Assembly: GCA_000165425.1 (NCBI GenBank)
Contig: CT868207.1
Coordinates: forward strand, 682,001 to 746,000
DNA: 64,000 nt
Direction of reading: 5' to 3'
Source: Paramecium tetraurelia
Taxonomy: Eukaryota
Position numbers and translations under genes: made by a program. Under the pieces are notes generated by a model. It worked only from the letters and a program-made list of their open reading frames with translations. It was not told the DNA's origin and searched no databases. Position 1 is the stretch's first letter. The number at the start of each line of letters is the position of its first letter. Below, piece by piece: positions 29,020 through 42,297 of the stretch.

Positions 29020-29279
29020 GTCAATAGATGGTTATTATTTATAGATATCAATTATATTAAGTATTTCAGCAATATCATCAAGTACACTCGATTTTTATTG
29101 ATTTTATTACCTTTAATGTAGGGATCACTATTTATTTGAGTTCTCCAAGTTTCTCATCTATCAGTTCTATCTAATAGACATTATTCATATCATCATAAAT
29201 TCAGTTCCATCAATCTACTGGAATTCCAAAACGTCCTTTATTCTTATTTGAGATTCCTAAATTTAACATTAAAATAAAA

Positions 29280-30680
29280 ATGAAAAATAGTAATCAAACC
29301 AAGCTATTGAAATAAACCTTATTATCATCAGAGGCATCATTAGTTAGGACTTAAATTTCAGTCCAATCCTATTTAAAGTCATCTCCAGTATTTGATTTAA
29401 ATTATTGATTAGAATTCACTTAATCGTTTTCTTCGTTCCTCTTTCAAAGTATATTCAGAAATGAAAGAAGACATTATATAGAATCAATAATGTAAATTAT
29501 CCTTAAGATATGAATAAATTTATTTATTAATGGCATCTTAGAAATTGTTCATGTATCTCCAAAAAATGTAAGAATACTATAAAAAATTGCAAAAATAAGA
29601 AGCATTTTATATCATTTTAAGATTAGCTGCAATAGATTATAGCAATTGTAGTAGTTTTTTCAAATCTTCACAAGGATGCAATTCCCCTGGAATAGTTTCA
29701 AAAGATATTGGGTAATTCTATATTTTATTAAAGAATGGAAAAAAAAATTCAAAATTAACAATTAATTAAAATTATTTAGGAGCTTTAATTGCAAATAGCT
29801 GGTTAAGAAATTAGCAAGGCTCTCTATTTATTTTAAACCAAAATCCTAAAGGAAACATTTCACTAATTAAAATGGATTATTAAAGTATCACAACACTTGG
29901 AAAAAATAAAATTGATTATTGAAACCTCCAATTAAAGGAATGCTTTGAATCAATTAAAATAGAAGACAACATAAGCAAGAAAATTTGAGGCAGGATTGCT
30001 ATTGCTTAATTTGAAAATTAAAAAAATTATATTAAGCAACCAATTTTATTTTTTTTATTCTTTTAAGGTTTAATCAATTCAGCATTACGCTAAAAAAACA
30101 CAAAAACCAAAAAAGAAGCAAATAGAAGTTTCTTTTAAACCATAAGATGAATCTTTGAAATTATTGAAACTGTACTAGTTTTTTATTAGATACTGTTATC
30201 GATATCCCTTTGATTAACTTAGAAAGTAACAATATTTAAGTTAGTAATTTGATGTACCATTTAGAAGCAGTAACATTTTATAAAGATTATCAAATAATCA
30301 AATTTCTTAAGTTATACCATAATAATAATCCTAAATTTTTGAGTCTATCCACGTTGCAGAAAATTAATAGTAAGAATAATAAGAAATCTCATAAAGTTAA
30401 TTTCAAAAACCAAAGGTAGAAATCAAATAAACTGGAAAAATTGCTAGATCCATAAAACTATATTGTATATTAAATATATATGGTAGTGAACGAATACGAG
30501 AAGTAATAGTTATAAATCCAATAATCAAGAATTAAATCAAAACTTTACAAAAAGCCCAAAGAAGCTGAAGAAATCTAAGTGAACAACCAAAAAAGACAAC
30601 TCAACAATAAAAAATAGATTATTTGCTTGATTTTCTCAATAATAATTTTTTGTATTGCTTTAGTCTTTTTATTTTAATGA
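29280..30680 (+). CDS. Hypothetical tail-anchored protein
   Basis: Spliced Q/K-rich frame ending in a hydrophobic helix IICLIFSIIIFCIALVFLFQ*. Confidence 0.6.
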
Positions 30681-31723
30681 AGTATATTATATAACAATAA
30701 AGTATATAAATTTATTAAATCAAAATCCTAATTGAAAATGTCATAATTATTAAATCTTGATAGGATAACCATTTAATAATCATATTTAAATTGTTATTTT
30801 TTTCAAGAACTGATTAAAGTAAAAAATAAAACCATACCATCTCTAGATTTGTTTTCATTACAATTTATAAATGAATACAAGATATTTTATAATAAATTTT
30901 ATTTGAGATACTTGCAAAAATATGATGATACTTGAGTTTTAGGTGTTTTATTTTCTATCAGATTTCTAATCTTATCAACCGGAATTTCCTGCTTTTTAAA
31001 TTTAAATTGATGACTTTAAAAATTACCAATAGATAATTATTTGATATAATTGACAATTTTTTCCTTAGTTTTTCAGAATTTCTATTATCATATTACCAAG
31101 TTTAATTCTGTTTCCTCAGACTTTAGTCTACCTCATGTGTTCACCAATTAACTTAATTTATAGTATATAAAACACTTAAACTCTGAAGATATTCATTCTA
31201 TTTAATAAAATCTTTATTACTTTGTAGACATAATTAGAAAATAAAATTGATAATTCTTCTAACCTTGAGATTAATTAATTTTCTTATAACATCAGCCTCT
31301 CTAAATTCCAATGGTACTTCTAAAATTTAATAAATATTTGTTTGTTGTATTATAATTTTGGTATCTTTCACAATTTAGATATATCAAATAATAACATAAA
31401 ATACAAGCCCTAATGAAATAATTTTGGTAAAAAACTTTAAGTTAATTATAATAGTAAGATCATAACTGTAGAAGCATTTGTATTTCAAGAAAAAGCTATT
31501 CATAATTATTAAAATATTTAGTTGTGAATTTATTTATTATTATTCTTCTAAATTATGAATCTAGCCATTTTACATCCTAAATGAATGCTTGAATAAGCAT
31601 TGAGTTTCTCTATTGTTATCTATGGATGTGAATGTATAATGTATATATAAGAGGAGGAATGAAAAACATTAAAATATTGAGTATAAAAATTATATTAAAA
31701 AAAGTATCCTTTATTTAAATTAT

Positions 31724-32540
31724 ATGTCTTCTTCTAGTTCATCGAGGTCACGGTCACCTAGGAAGAATAAGAAAAGAGTATATGTGACAGGCTATTCTCT
31801 TAAAGAGGATCAACATGATATTAAAAAGTTATTCAAAAAATTTGGGAAAATTGAAGAATTTGCTTGGAAAGGAAAATATTGTTTCATTGTAGATATCATG
31901 AATTAAATTGTAGGAATTTAAGGATCCTGAAGATGCAGAGAAAGCTGTTAAAAAAATGAATAAGGAAGAAGTAAAAGGATCGGTGTTATAAGTTGAGATG
32001 GCTCGTGGAAATAAGCCGAGCAAAAATAATGGGCTTTGTTATTCTTGCGGTCACTCAGGACATTTGTAAGTTTTATATCGTCTTAACAATATATTATAGA
32101 ATACGATATATTTTATATCTATTCATTTACCTATTTTCATAGTGCTAAGAATTGCAGACATAGATCTTCATCTTCTAGTTCATCTAGCTCTAGCAGGTAA
32201 AGAATAGATAACAATAAATTATAGTGAGTCTAGAAAAAAACATAAAAAGAAACATAAAAAAAAGAAGAGTTCATCCAGTTCAGATTCCTCATCAAGTAGT
32301 TCATCGAGGGATAAGAAAAAGAAAGTGAATAAGAAGCGAAAGAGTTCTAAACAGAAATCAAAGTCCTCATCAAGAGGCTCTTCAAAAGACTCACACAATT
32401 CAGAGTCTTCCGGCTCGTACTTTTAAAGATGAATTCTGTTTAGCGTTGAAGGAGAAAAATAAGAAAGTAACAATATTAAAGATGACAAAAAACCTTAAGT
32501 TGAAGAGAATCAAATGAAGGGAGCTGATGGTAAGTAATGA
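31724..32540 (+). CDS. SR-like splicing factor, RRM + CCHC zinc knuckle (SRSF7/9G8, RSZ-type)
   Basis: RVYVTG, KYCFIEF, DAEKAV RRM; CYSCGHSGHFAKNC knuckle after splicing; S/R/K-rich tail; four introns. Confidence 0.9.
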
Positions 32541-33043
32541 AGTACCAATGATAATAAAATATAAATTAGTGACCAATACATTTAGTATTTAAAATATTTT
32601 GTACTCTATTCTCATTTTTATTAAAACTCCTTAAATTTTTATTTTCATAATATTTTTAGTAATTAATAAAACTATTCAATTAAATATTCTTAACCATTAA
32701 AAGCTATAAATGTAATTTATTAATATTTTATTAAACATGGAGAGATTAGAAAAGTTAAGAATATTTCTAATAGCTTAAAATAATTAATTTTTAGTTAATT
32801 GATAATATTTCATTAGTAAAAAAAACAAAAAATTGCAGTAATAGAATTGAATTTAATTAATTTTAGATTTATTTTGAGAATAAAAGTAATGTGACTAAAT
32901 TATAGATTTAATAAAAACCATATGCTTTGTATGACTTAAGAATTAGAAATTCTAATTATATTTTGATTATAAATAATGAATGTAAAATTTAATAAAGTAT
33001 GAGTAAACTATTTACAATTAACAATCACGATTTCGTAATTAAA

Positions 33044-33262
33044 TCATCTTATTTGACTGATTCCTTTATGGGGGAGTGAATTCATTTTCAATATAGAGGT
33101 TGGATTTTACATTTGATTGTCAAATTAATCAAAATCTAATTTTTTCGACACGCTTGAGATTTCCTCATTTGTAAAAGTTCTCTAAAATTTACTATTATAT
33201 AGTGTGCTCGTCAGGTATAATTCTTTATTTAATGATTTGACTTTGCGAGGTGTAAAGGACAT
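33044..33262 (-). CDS. 72 aa hypothetical microprotein
   Basis: ATG-TGA frame MSFTPRKVK...VSKKLDFDQF...; GC higher than flanks. Confidence 0.55.
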
Positions 33263-34404
33263 TAACTGCTCAATAAATTTATTAATAAAAAAAAATAATA
33301 ATGTGATTTTATTGATTAATTTTAGAACTGACTAATTCTGTATTTAAATAAAAATAAAATAATATAATTTAAAGTATTATTACATTAAACAAAGATTGAA
33401 TATGTGTACATTAACAATCTTGTTAAATCATTTCTCATCTAATAATATAAATAAAATTAAGATATAAAATCAAATTCAAGGTTCTTTAATATTTTTATTA
33501 CATTAACTATGGAAGCAATTTCAATAATCTTAAAAGTCTAAGATGTAGGAATACATTCCATTTTATCAAAATTTCTCATGTTCCTTGAAGAAAATGGAAA
33601 TAAGATAAAACATTGAAGACATGATTCTATGTTTTTGTAAACTCTAAAATCAATTAATCAAAAATTAAGAACCTTTAATTAAAACATAGATTAATAAGAA
33701 ATTAACTATATTATTATCATTCTAACTATCTTTATTGATGTATTATTATTAATACATGTATCAAAACTAGATGTTTATCCAATATTATTCTTACTGGTTA
33801 AATCGAGCTTATAAGTAGGATATTAGAAGTCTATTGACATAAAAATAACATTAACTATTAATCGATGTATTTTTGTAATTCACTAGAATTCTCAAAGTAA
33901 ATATTTAATATTCTAGAAATAACACAGTTGTTGAAATCATGTGAAATACTTGTCAACATTTCATCTTTATATTTATCTCTCATCTTAAATTCATTAGATC
34001 AACTTCTAATCTTATAACTATTCCTAAATAATATGAAAATGAGAATTGTATGAATTTATATTCCAAACTATAACTGTATCGAATAGAAAATAGTTTAAAA
34101 ATACTATAAAATTCAATACAATTTTATTTCATACTTAAAATGAAAACAACTTCAAAATTATAAAGTAGCATCGTAGATATAAGCATAATCAATTTGAACT
34201 ATAAAGATTGGAATTAGGATGCAGGATTAAAAAAATAAAAATTTATTGAATTTTAGATTTCCATCAAGTAATTATTGATGAAAACATTGAATTTATTAAT
34301 AATTTTACAGTTTATCTCGATCACTTAAACACTTATAGATAGCAGGTAACGGTAATGAAAATGTTGCTAAAAATTAATTAAAATCCAAAATATAAGTATT
34401 AGAA

Positions 34405-36855
34405 TCAAAAATAATATTTATATAGTATTGTTTTGAGTCGACTATTTTCTATTGGTTTTGGGAGAATGTCCTTCATTCCACACTTATAAGCAGTATCGAT
34501 ATTCTCTTTGCTATCAAATGCGCTACACATAATGATGACTGTGCTAGTATTTTGTTATTCTAAAAATTATTAAATTTCCTTTGTGGCTTAATATCCATCA
34601 ATCCCAGGCATATCAATATCCATGAAAATTAATTTGTAAGTGCAATTACAAGTTTAGTATCGAGTTTTAATCATATCAATAGCCATTGATCCATCATATG
34701 CACTGTCGCATTTGATATTGAAATATTTCAAAACTGTTTTAAAGGCTAAATGGTTAAAAGGAATATCATCCACAATTAACACTTTTAAACAATTGCATTA
34801 TCTTTTGAGATTGCTCTTGTATGGTTCCTATATGCCTTCATCAGTTGGTATAGTTAAGGCTTCATCATTCGATTACTAATCTTTCACAATGAATCTGTTA
34901 TTTGTGTATTGATTCAATTAACTTGTAATGAATAATTCACCATTATCACATAAATTTCTAGCTATTTAGCTTGATACTTTTAAGCCTAAGCCGACATATT
35001 GAATATAGTCTTCTTCCCCCCTTCTTGCCAGATCCACTTCAGTGTTTTATAGAATTTTATTGATTAACAATAGTTTCTCAGTAGAAATCCCACATCCTGT
35101 ATCATAGACTTCGAATTGATACAATGATCCCACTTTTTAAATATTCAACTTAATGACCCCTTATTTTCTAGTAAATTTTACTGAGTTGTTCAAAAGATTT
35201 ACTAATATTTGGAGGATTCTGTCGAAATCACTTCTGATAAAAGCATCATTACAAGCTGAAATTATAAAGTCAATTTTCTTCTATTGGCATTCTGGTTTAA
35301 AATAATCTTCAATTGTTTGTATTAAATGAGATAATTTAAAAATGTATGGCCTCAATTTAAATGTTTAAACTTCAAAATTTGCAAAATCCAATATATCATT
35401 TATTTGATGTAACAATTTTTTATTAGAGATTATCGCTGGTTTTAAATATGTATCGTTCAAATCTGATTTAATTTCTTGTTTTAATGTTTGTAATAATGAG
35501 AGAGAACAATTTAAAGGAGTTCTTAATTCATGAGAGAAGGAATTAATGAGCATTTATTAAAAATGATATCTGTCTTTCATGTCTATTTATTTCTCTTTTT
35601 TGGTAATATTTTTAAGAAGGATCAAATATCCTTTGGATGTCTCGTATATCTTGATCTCATAAGCTTTTTAATTAGTTTAATCTCGATATTTAAGGGAATT
35701 CAAATTTTTAATAATTCCTGAACTTTTAAATTTATTGACAATTTAAGCAAAATCAATAAAATTGCTCTACTACTTATGCAAAGTTAGAGATATAGCTTTT
35801 TTTCGAGTCTAACTAAATGATTTCATTCTTCTTAGTTAAAAGTCTGATCCTTATTCTTCGAAAGAAGTGATTATGGATCTTCTTTCGCATCTTAATGCAG
35901 TAGGATTCTATTGCTATTCTATCCATGCTCTAATTTTCATAATATATATACTTACTTATGAATCATTATTAGTAGTTGTTGCTATAAATTATCTTCTTTG
36001 ATAAGAGAACAATACTTTTTAGCCTTGTTATTAGAATTAACAATATTATGATTGTTATCTAATAAACAAATTCCAATAGGGATATAGTTAAAGAAATCAA
36101 TCACATCATTCGAATCATTTTGAGAAGGAATTTCATACTGAGTTAATTTCCTTTGAGAATGGCAATTTAATTTACTGTCAGTTTGTTTTATATCCTAAAA
36201 ATAAAAAAGTTAATACATGCAAATAAAAGTACACATTGAAGCTAACAAAAATGATTCCTGTGTAAACCCAATCGATAATCTTGAAAGTGTGAAAATATAT
36301 TAAACTTGCTCTCAATATATAAAAAGACAATAGAACAATTTTATATTTAAGGTTGTAATTAATTGAGGCGATAATTAAAGGTCCGAAAGGTTAGTCATTA
36401 AAGCTCAATTCTAGAAGTAAAATGATCCTTATATATTTCCAAATAGGAGTTTATTTCCTATTCATTAACATATCGATTAAAATCGCTAATAAATTCACTG
36501 ATGATATGACTATCAAATAAATATCATTTGAAAAACTTGCTGCAAGGAGAAGTTTAAGAGCAAATGTAAAATGTATTCCTCTTCTTCTTTTATAAAAAAT
36601 CATATTATTTAATAATTCATTACTCTACTCAAATTCATTCGGGGTATAACTAATTAATTATAATTCACTCTTTCGAATTTTCCAAAATTATTCAAAGTGA
36701 AATTAACAGCAAGAAAATAAGCCTATATTTAACTTAAAATTATCTTTTAACAAGGGAAATGTACATTTGTGGATTATTTAATAATATTAATAAATCTTTG
36801 AAAACAAAAAATCATCCATTTTTGTACATATTGAGGGACATATTGTTATTTCCAT
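34405..36855 (-). CDS. Membrane hybrid histidine kinase (TM-PAS-HisKA-HATPase-REC)
   Basis: SFSHELRTPLN, QILVNLLNNSVKF, DTGCGI, GLGL; receiver VLIVDD, IFMDIDMPGIDG, KP. Confidence 0.93.
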
Positions 36856-37064
36856 AAAATATTCCTTCTTACTCAAATTATATATAATTAATTTTAATTT
36901 GAATAAATATTCAAATCTGATCATTAATATCAATCATTTAATTTTTCTTATATTTATAAATTGCAAATTATTAATAATATTCATATTATAAATATTAGAT
37001 ATAATAAATTATTCTTTATATAATTCGAGATATAATTTGTTTACTGTATTATATTGAAATTTCA

Positions 37065-38726
37065 TCATGCCATTTGTAAATTTGCGTATTGTTTTTTTTT
37101 ATTTTCTTATTTTTTTAATTGCTCTTCCATTTTTTACATAATAACTCTCCATTTTGAACACATTCTGTATCCGCAAATCAATAACAGAATAAAAATTGCA
37201 AAAACAACAATCAGGAAAACCTCTGCATACCATTATGATTATGAATCTAGCAATACTTCATTTACTACTAAATTAATAAAATGTTCCTCATGACACACTA
37301 TGAACGGATCTATTTCAGCCTTCTCGCATTAAGTTGAATTAATTAAAATTGCATAAGATTACTCAATTTATTTAATAGACGAACAAACTATCTCTGGATT
37401 TTTATCCTTAATAATCAATCCATATAAATAATGAGGAGTCAATGCTAATGAATAATGATATTAAGTATCTGCTTTTTCATAATCTGTACCTTCAATTTCT
37501 TCAATTTTCTACAATAAGGGTATCATGAAGTCGGTATCATAATCAAAATTTTCATCAACAAATCCTCGATAAACATTGGTCTAAATTACTTTGTGTACAT
37601 CATAACCAATTAAGAATTAAAAGTTTCCACAATTTTGAACTTCTTTTAATTGCATATCTTCTAAATAAAATTTATTGTAATAAAAGTCCTGATTTTTAAA
37701 ATTAAACAAAATTTCTATTCCAAAAATAATCTTATCCTAAGATTACCCTGTTTAAGCTATTACTAAAAACGAGTTCTTGTTATACACAAAAGATATCGGG
37801 TTTTCCAAAGGAATCTTAAATTCTACATAATTTATATATTATCATTACCATTATCAGTGTATTCATTTTCATTTAAAGTGAAAAAGTGTATTCCAATTTT
37901 ATCATCTAACAAAAAGAGTTAATCATTTTTAGTTTAGACTTTAATGATGTTTAGATTTCCTGTTATTGTGTATGCATGGTTTAAGTTCTTTTCTTATATT
38001 TTGTATACCAATACTCCTTATTTTCCTGCTACTATGAATAATCTTTAATATTTTTCATCATAATGGACATAATTTATATTACTCACTTCCTCTAATTTGT
38101 GAAATTAAATTGGAGGCAAATTTCCATTTTACCATCCCTAATACTAAAAACTAATTGCTCCTTTTTCTGTCACTACAAAAATTTAATCATTTGCAACTAC
38201 AAAGTGGGATTTCTTCTTTTAATCAATAGCTATTTATTCTGAGTAATCCAAATGCTAGGATTAAACACTCATTTTCTTAAATTAATAGAAAAATTAGATA
38301 TACCTTTAATTCATATCCATTAAAATCTAATTGCACCTTGAATATTTTGTTATCACTTCTTATCAGGTATGCTTATTAACCTACAACTACCATATCAGTA
38401 AAATTAAACTTGCTTTCATCAGGAAGCTAGATTTACAATTGATCTTCCACTTTTATTTTCCTTTCAAAATAAGAGCAGCCTTATTAATATAATTATGTAT
38501 CATTGATTTTTTAATATTTGGTAATATCCTTCTTATCAATTAATCCTTCATAATAATATAATTCCAAGTCGAAAGCATTGGGATACTTTAAATGCTTGAA
38601 ATCTTCAGTGCTGATTGAAATTTTTTAATCTGTTTAGTTGAACTTATCAATTGTTATTTATGGAGTTCTTGTCCAATTACAGAAGGTTATTCCTAATAAT
38701 ACTGACAAAATTAATTATGAAATCAT
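37065..38726 (-). CDS. Type I membrane protein, beta-rich ectodomain
   Basis: Signal peptide MISQLILSVLLGITFC; C-terminal TM helix followed by a short charged tail. Confidence 0.7.
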
Positions 38727-38945
38727 ATTATAAATATTTTATCAAACTTTTCTTTTAATCAAAAATTACCATAATCAATCAAGAATTCATTTCAAAAATC
38801 CCTCTGTTCTCATATTCCCAAGTCCTTTTCTTTTCTTATTTAAATACTCTATAATTAAATCAAAACTCACAGCATAATCAGAATTAATACAAATAATTAT
38901 TTGTTATTTGTTATATAGGGTAGAAAAAAATCAAAAGTGGAAGTC

Positions 38946-39551
38946 TCATAAATTACTTCTTTCAGTTTTTACTCTATTGAGATCTTTAGAATTTTTAAAA
39001 GGATGCTATGCTACGATTCCACTCGTTCCTGAAAATTTGCGTAGAGGTTAGGCAATAGTCAAGGGTTTAACTACTAGGGCTTTTTTAATATCCAAATGAA
39101 CTGATTTAGAGATAGGATCTATTCTATTTGATGTCAATTTATTATGATTTATTATTCTTTCTAGTTCATCCAACTGCTTATTTAGATGTTGATTCTACAT
39201 TTTTAGCCTATCTGATTCTTTCAAACATAGGTTCATTTATTATCTTAATTGACATTCTTTCTAAATTTGCTACTCCAATTAATCTTTGAGATATGTATTT
39301 TCTAATTCTAATTCGTTAATTTTCTCAATCATTTATTAATTTTGACTATTTTTACTCGAAGTAGATGTGCTAGCTGCTTGGAACTCATCTTAATCAACAA
39401 ATGATACTATTTTCATTAAATCTACTTTGTTATTTCTCAATTCAAATTCAGTCAATGATTGCAGGCTACTTTAAATGTTGGGTAGTTATGGATTCATAAG
39501 TAGCTCTGTTAATTATTCGATAGTTAAGGTTATTTTTGTATTACTATTCAT
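38946..39551 (-). CDS. Hypothetical coiled-coil protein (~201 aa)
   Basis: Open 202-codon frame with INELELENTYLKDQLEQQ heptads. Confidence 0.65.
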
Positions 39552-39729
39552 TTTGTTAATTTAATTTAGAGATATTTCAATATTTTCTATAAATATAAAC
39601 TTAAGTTAAAAAAGCATTCAAAAACTATCATAGAGACATTATAATGCAATTTAATCGTAAATTTAATTCCTCATTAGGTAATTCTTGTACCGAATTAAGA
39701 AATCGAATATAATATAAATAAATTTTAAT

Positions 39730-41380
39730 ATGTTAAATTTATAAACCATATTAAGAGGATTTGAAGAAAATGGATTAAAATAGGAAAGTATGTATAAGGC
39801 GGATGAAATATTGGCAAAATTAGATATTATGGGAAGGAAGGAATTTGATAGAGACATTGCAGAATAATTATTTTAACAGTGCAAACCAACTCAATTAAAT
39901 TTGAAAATGGTTTATAGACTTGCAGATATTGGCTAAACAATCATAGACGCAATGTCGATATAAGGAGAAAAAGCAAAGAATGCCGAATTATAACTTAGAT
40001 AAATTTAATAAAATAAAGCAATTTGTGAAAATCAATTAGCAGAAACATGTTTGTTATAAATCTATAATTAGCTGTTTATTCGGATACTAGATACTTATTT
40101 CTGACGTTATTATGTGTAAAAAACATTCCTTTAAATCTTAAATACACAAATTGTCATATTTAGTTAACTTTAGGGGTTATAAATTAAATTGCTAAACCGG
40201 AATCGCAATATGATAAAGTCAATCCTGAATTCAATCAAGACTTCGAATTGTATACCTATTTTTATTCAAAACTTATTCTAGTTCAGTCCCCCCTCTGATA
40301 TCGACTCTCCAAATTCAATTTTTCATTAGAACAGAGAACACTTTACCTATACTCTGGGGTTCAGCCTAATTGAAGATCCAATAATTGGATGATTAGGTGA
40401 TTAAACAAGTTGAGTTGAAATTAGTAGATCCAGTAGGTAGAGAACTAGGTTCTTCTGTTGAAATGGAGGCACAAATCGTGTTGAACAAGGTAATTTAGAT
40501 GTTGTTATTAGATAACAGCATCAATACTTATAGGCCTAACTATAGAAATTTGAACAGAGAATCTTTACTTTGGATAATGATTTGATAGAGTATAGGAATA
40601 ATCTAGAAATAATCGAGCGACCATTCAAAGCTAAGCAATTATCAAAGGAATAGACTAATAAATAATTGTCATCGAATATTTTTAATTAACAATTGCACAC
40701 TTCTTAAAATTAATAAGAATAAGATCAAAATATCTATGAAATGGATTAACAATAAAATTAATTAAATTCACCCTAAGAATAAAAAGAATAAATCTGGTCT
40801 ATTCTATAATCTGATAAATAATTAGAAATTTAGGATGAAACTCCAGAGGCTCCTGAGATCCTTCAACATGGAGTTATCATATTCACCATATATGGATTAA
40901 TCACTCTATTTGTATGTTCTGCCAAACCCTCTTTTTTAGATGTACATTATAATTCACTCATTAATATAGGTGTTAGTCTGTCATGGATTGATGTTCACTA
41001 TTTTGATGGATAGATTTGACCCATTTCATATTAAGTTGGTTGGTGCAGGACTTCTAGCTTCAATTTTATACGATATTTTGTGGATGAAACAATATCATGT
41101 AATGATTATATTAAATACTTAGTTATGGTGGTATAGTGATGATTAAAATAATCCAGAATGGGGATTGAATGCAGTTAATTTATTGAGGTTTGTGCTCATC
41201 TTTACCTATATGTAATTCCTATACAAAGTATTTTACTTAAATTATTAGTAGTTTGTTGTATGTTATTATTTATATTAATTTCATAGAGAATCCATTGATC
41301 CGACTAAAAGGTATGTGTTTACTATTTGGAAAATACAATATAAAGTGGGTAAAAGTAGAGAGAGTGTTTCTTGGCAATGA
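39730..41380 (+). CDS. C2-domain protein with C-terminal transmembrane helices
   Basis: LFLTLLCVKNIP...VNPEFNQDFEF C2 pattern, coiled coil, four hydrophobic segments. Confidence 0.7.
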
Positions 41381-41431
41381 TCATTTTAACTAAATTATGC
41401 ATTTCTTTGCTTTATTTTAAATAATTTAATT

Positions 41432-42214
41432 ATGAACATCTTGCGATTCGTTTATAGATACAGTTAATCACTTTCTTATCGGTTGAGTGAATAAGGTTAA
41501 GGTTTCTCATACCAAATCAATCTCCATTGCAATGATACTGTAAAATCCTTTTGGCACGACATACCCATCTATCCTGTAAAAGATTAATATAACATAATAA
41601 ATGTTGGAATTGAAATACCTAAGGAGAGATTAGCTAAATTTGAAGTAAGTAAAACCATTAAATATAATCCAATTGTGCAAGATCAAAAGAAAAAAAAAAA
41701 TTCTGATGAAAAAGAGCTAAGGTATTATGCCCAATTCGCTCCATTCAATTACGGCTTTATTCCTTAAACATGGGAAAATTCAACAGTTGATTTACATGAT
41801 GGATTCAAGGGAGATGATGATCCCTTGGACATTTTGGACTTAAGTAATCAAAGTAACCTTAGACCTGGGGATATATTTTAAGCTAAAATCATTGGAGCCT
41901 TTTGTGTTTTAGACCAAGATGAAATAGATTGGAAGATTTTAGTATTGAACACTGAAGAGGCTGATAAATTATAAGTTAATGAATATAGTGATTTTGAAAA
42001 AAAGAATGGTGATATAAGTAGATTGATTTTAAACAGATTTCGTTACATTAAGACTTTTGATGGAAAAAAGGAGAACACTATTTTATTCAATAATTAAATC
42101 TTTGATGCAAAAAAAGCAGTTGATGTTGTTAGAGATGGTCATCAGTAGTATTTGGATTTGCTTAAGAATCCTAAATTGAATTAGAAAAGAAAGGAATTTT
42201 AAATTACTCAATGA
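41432..42214 (+). CDS. PPA: Family I soluble inorganic pyrophosphatase, possibly mitochondrial
   Basis: SFWHDIP, EIPK...AKFEV, NYGFIPQTWE, GDDDPLD, DQDEIDWK. Confidence 0.95.
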
Positions 42215-42297
42215 TTATCATCTTAAATGTACAATTTACTCAAAATATCTCCATTAATAGAGTTAATGAAACTTAAAATTAATCATGATTTCCTATT

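Noticed and set aside
29030..29270. Coding-like minus-strand fragment after CTP synthase
   Set aside because: All three frames are interrupted by TGA; no supportable gene model
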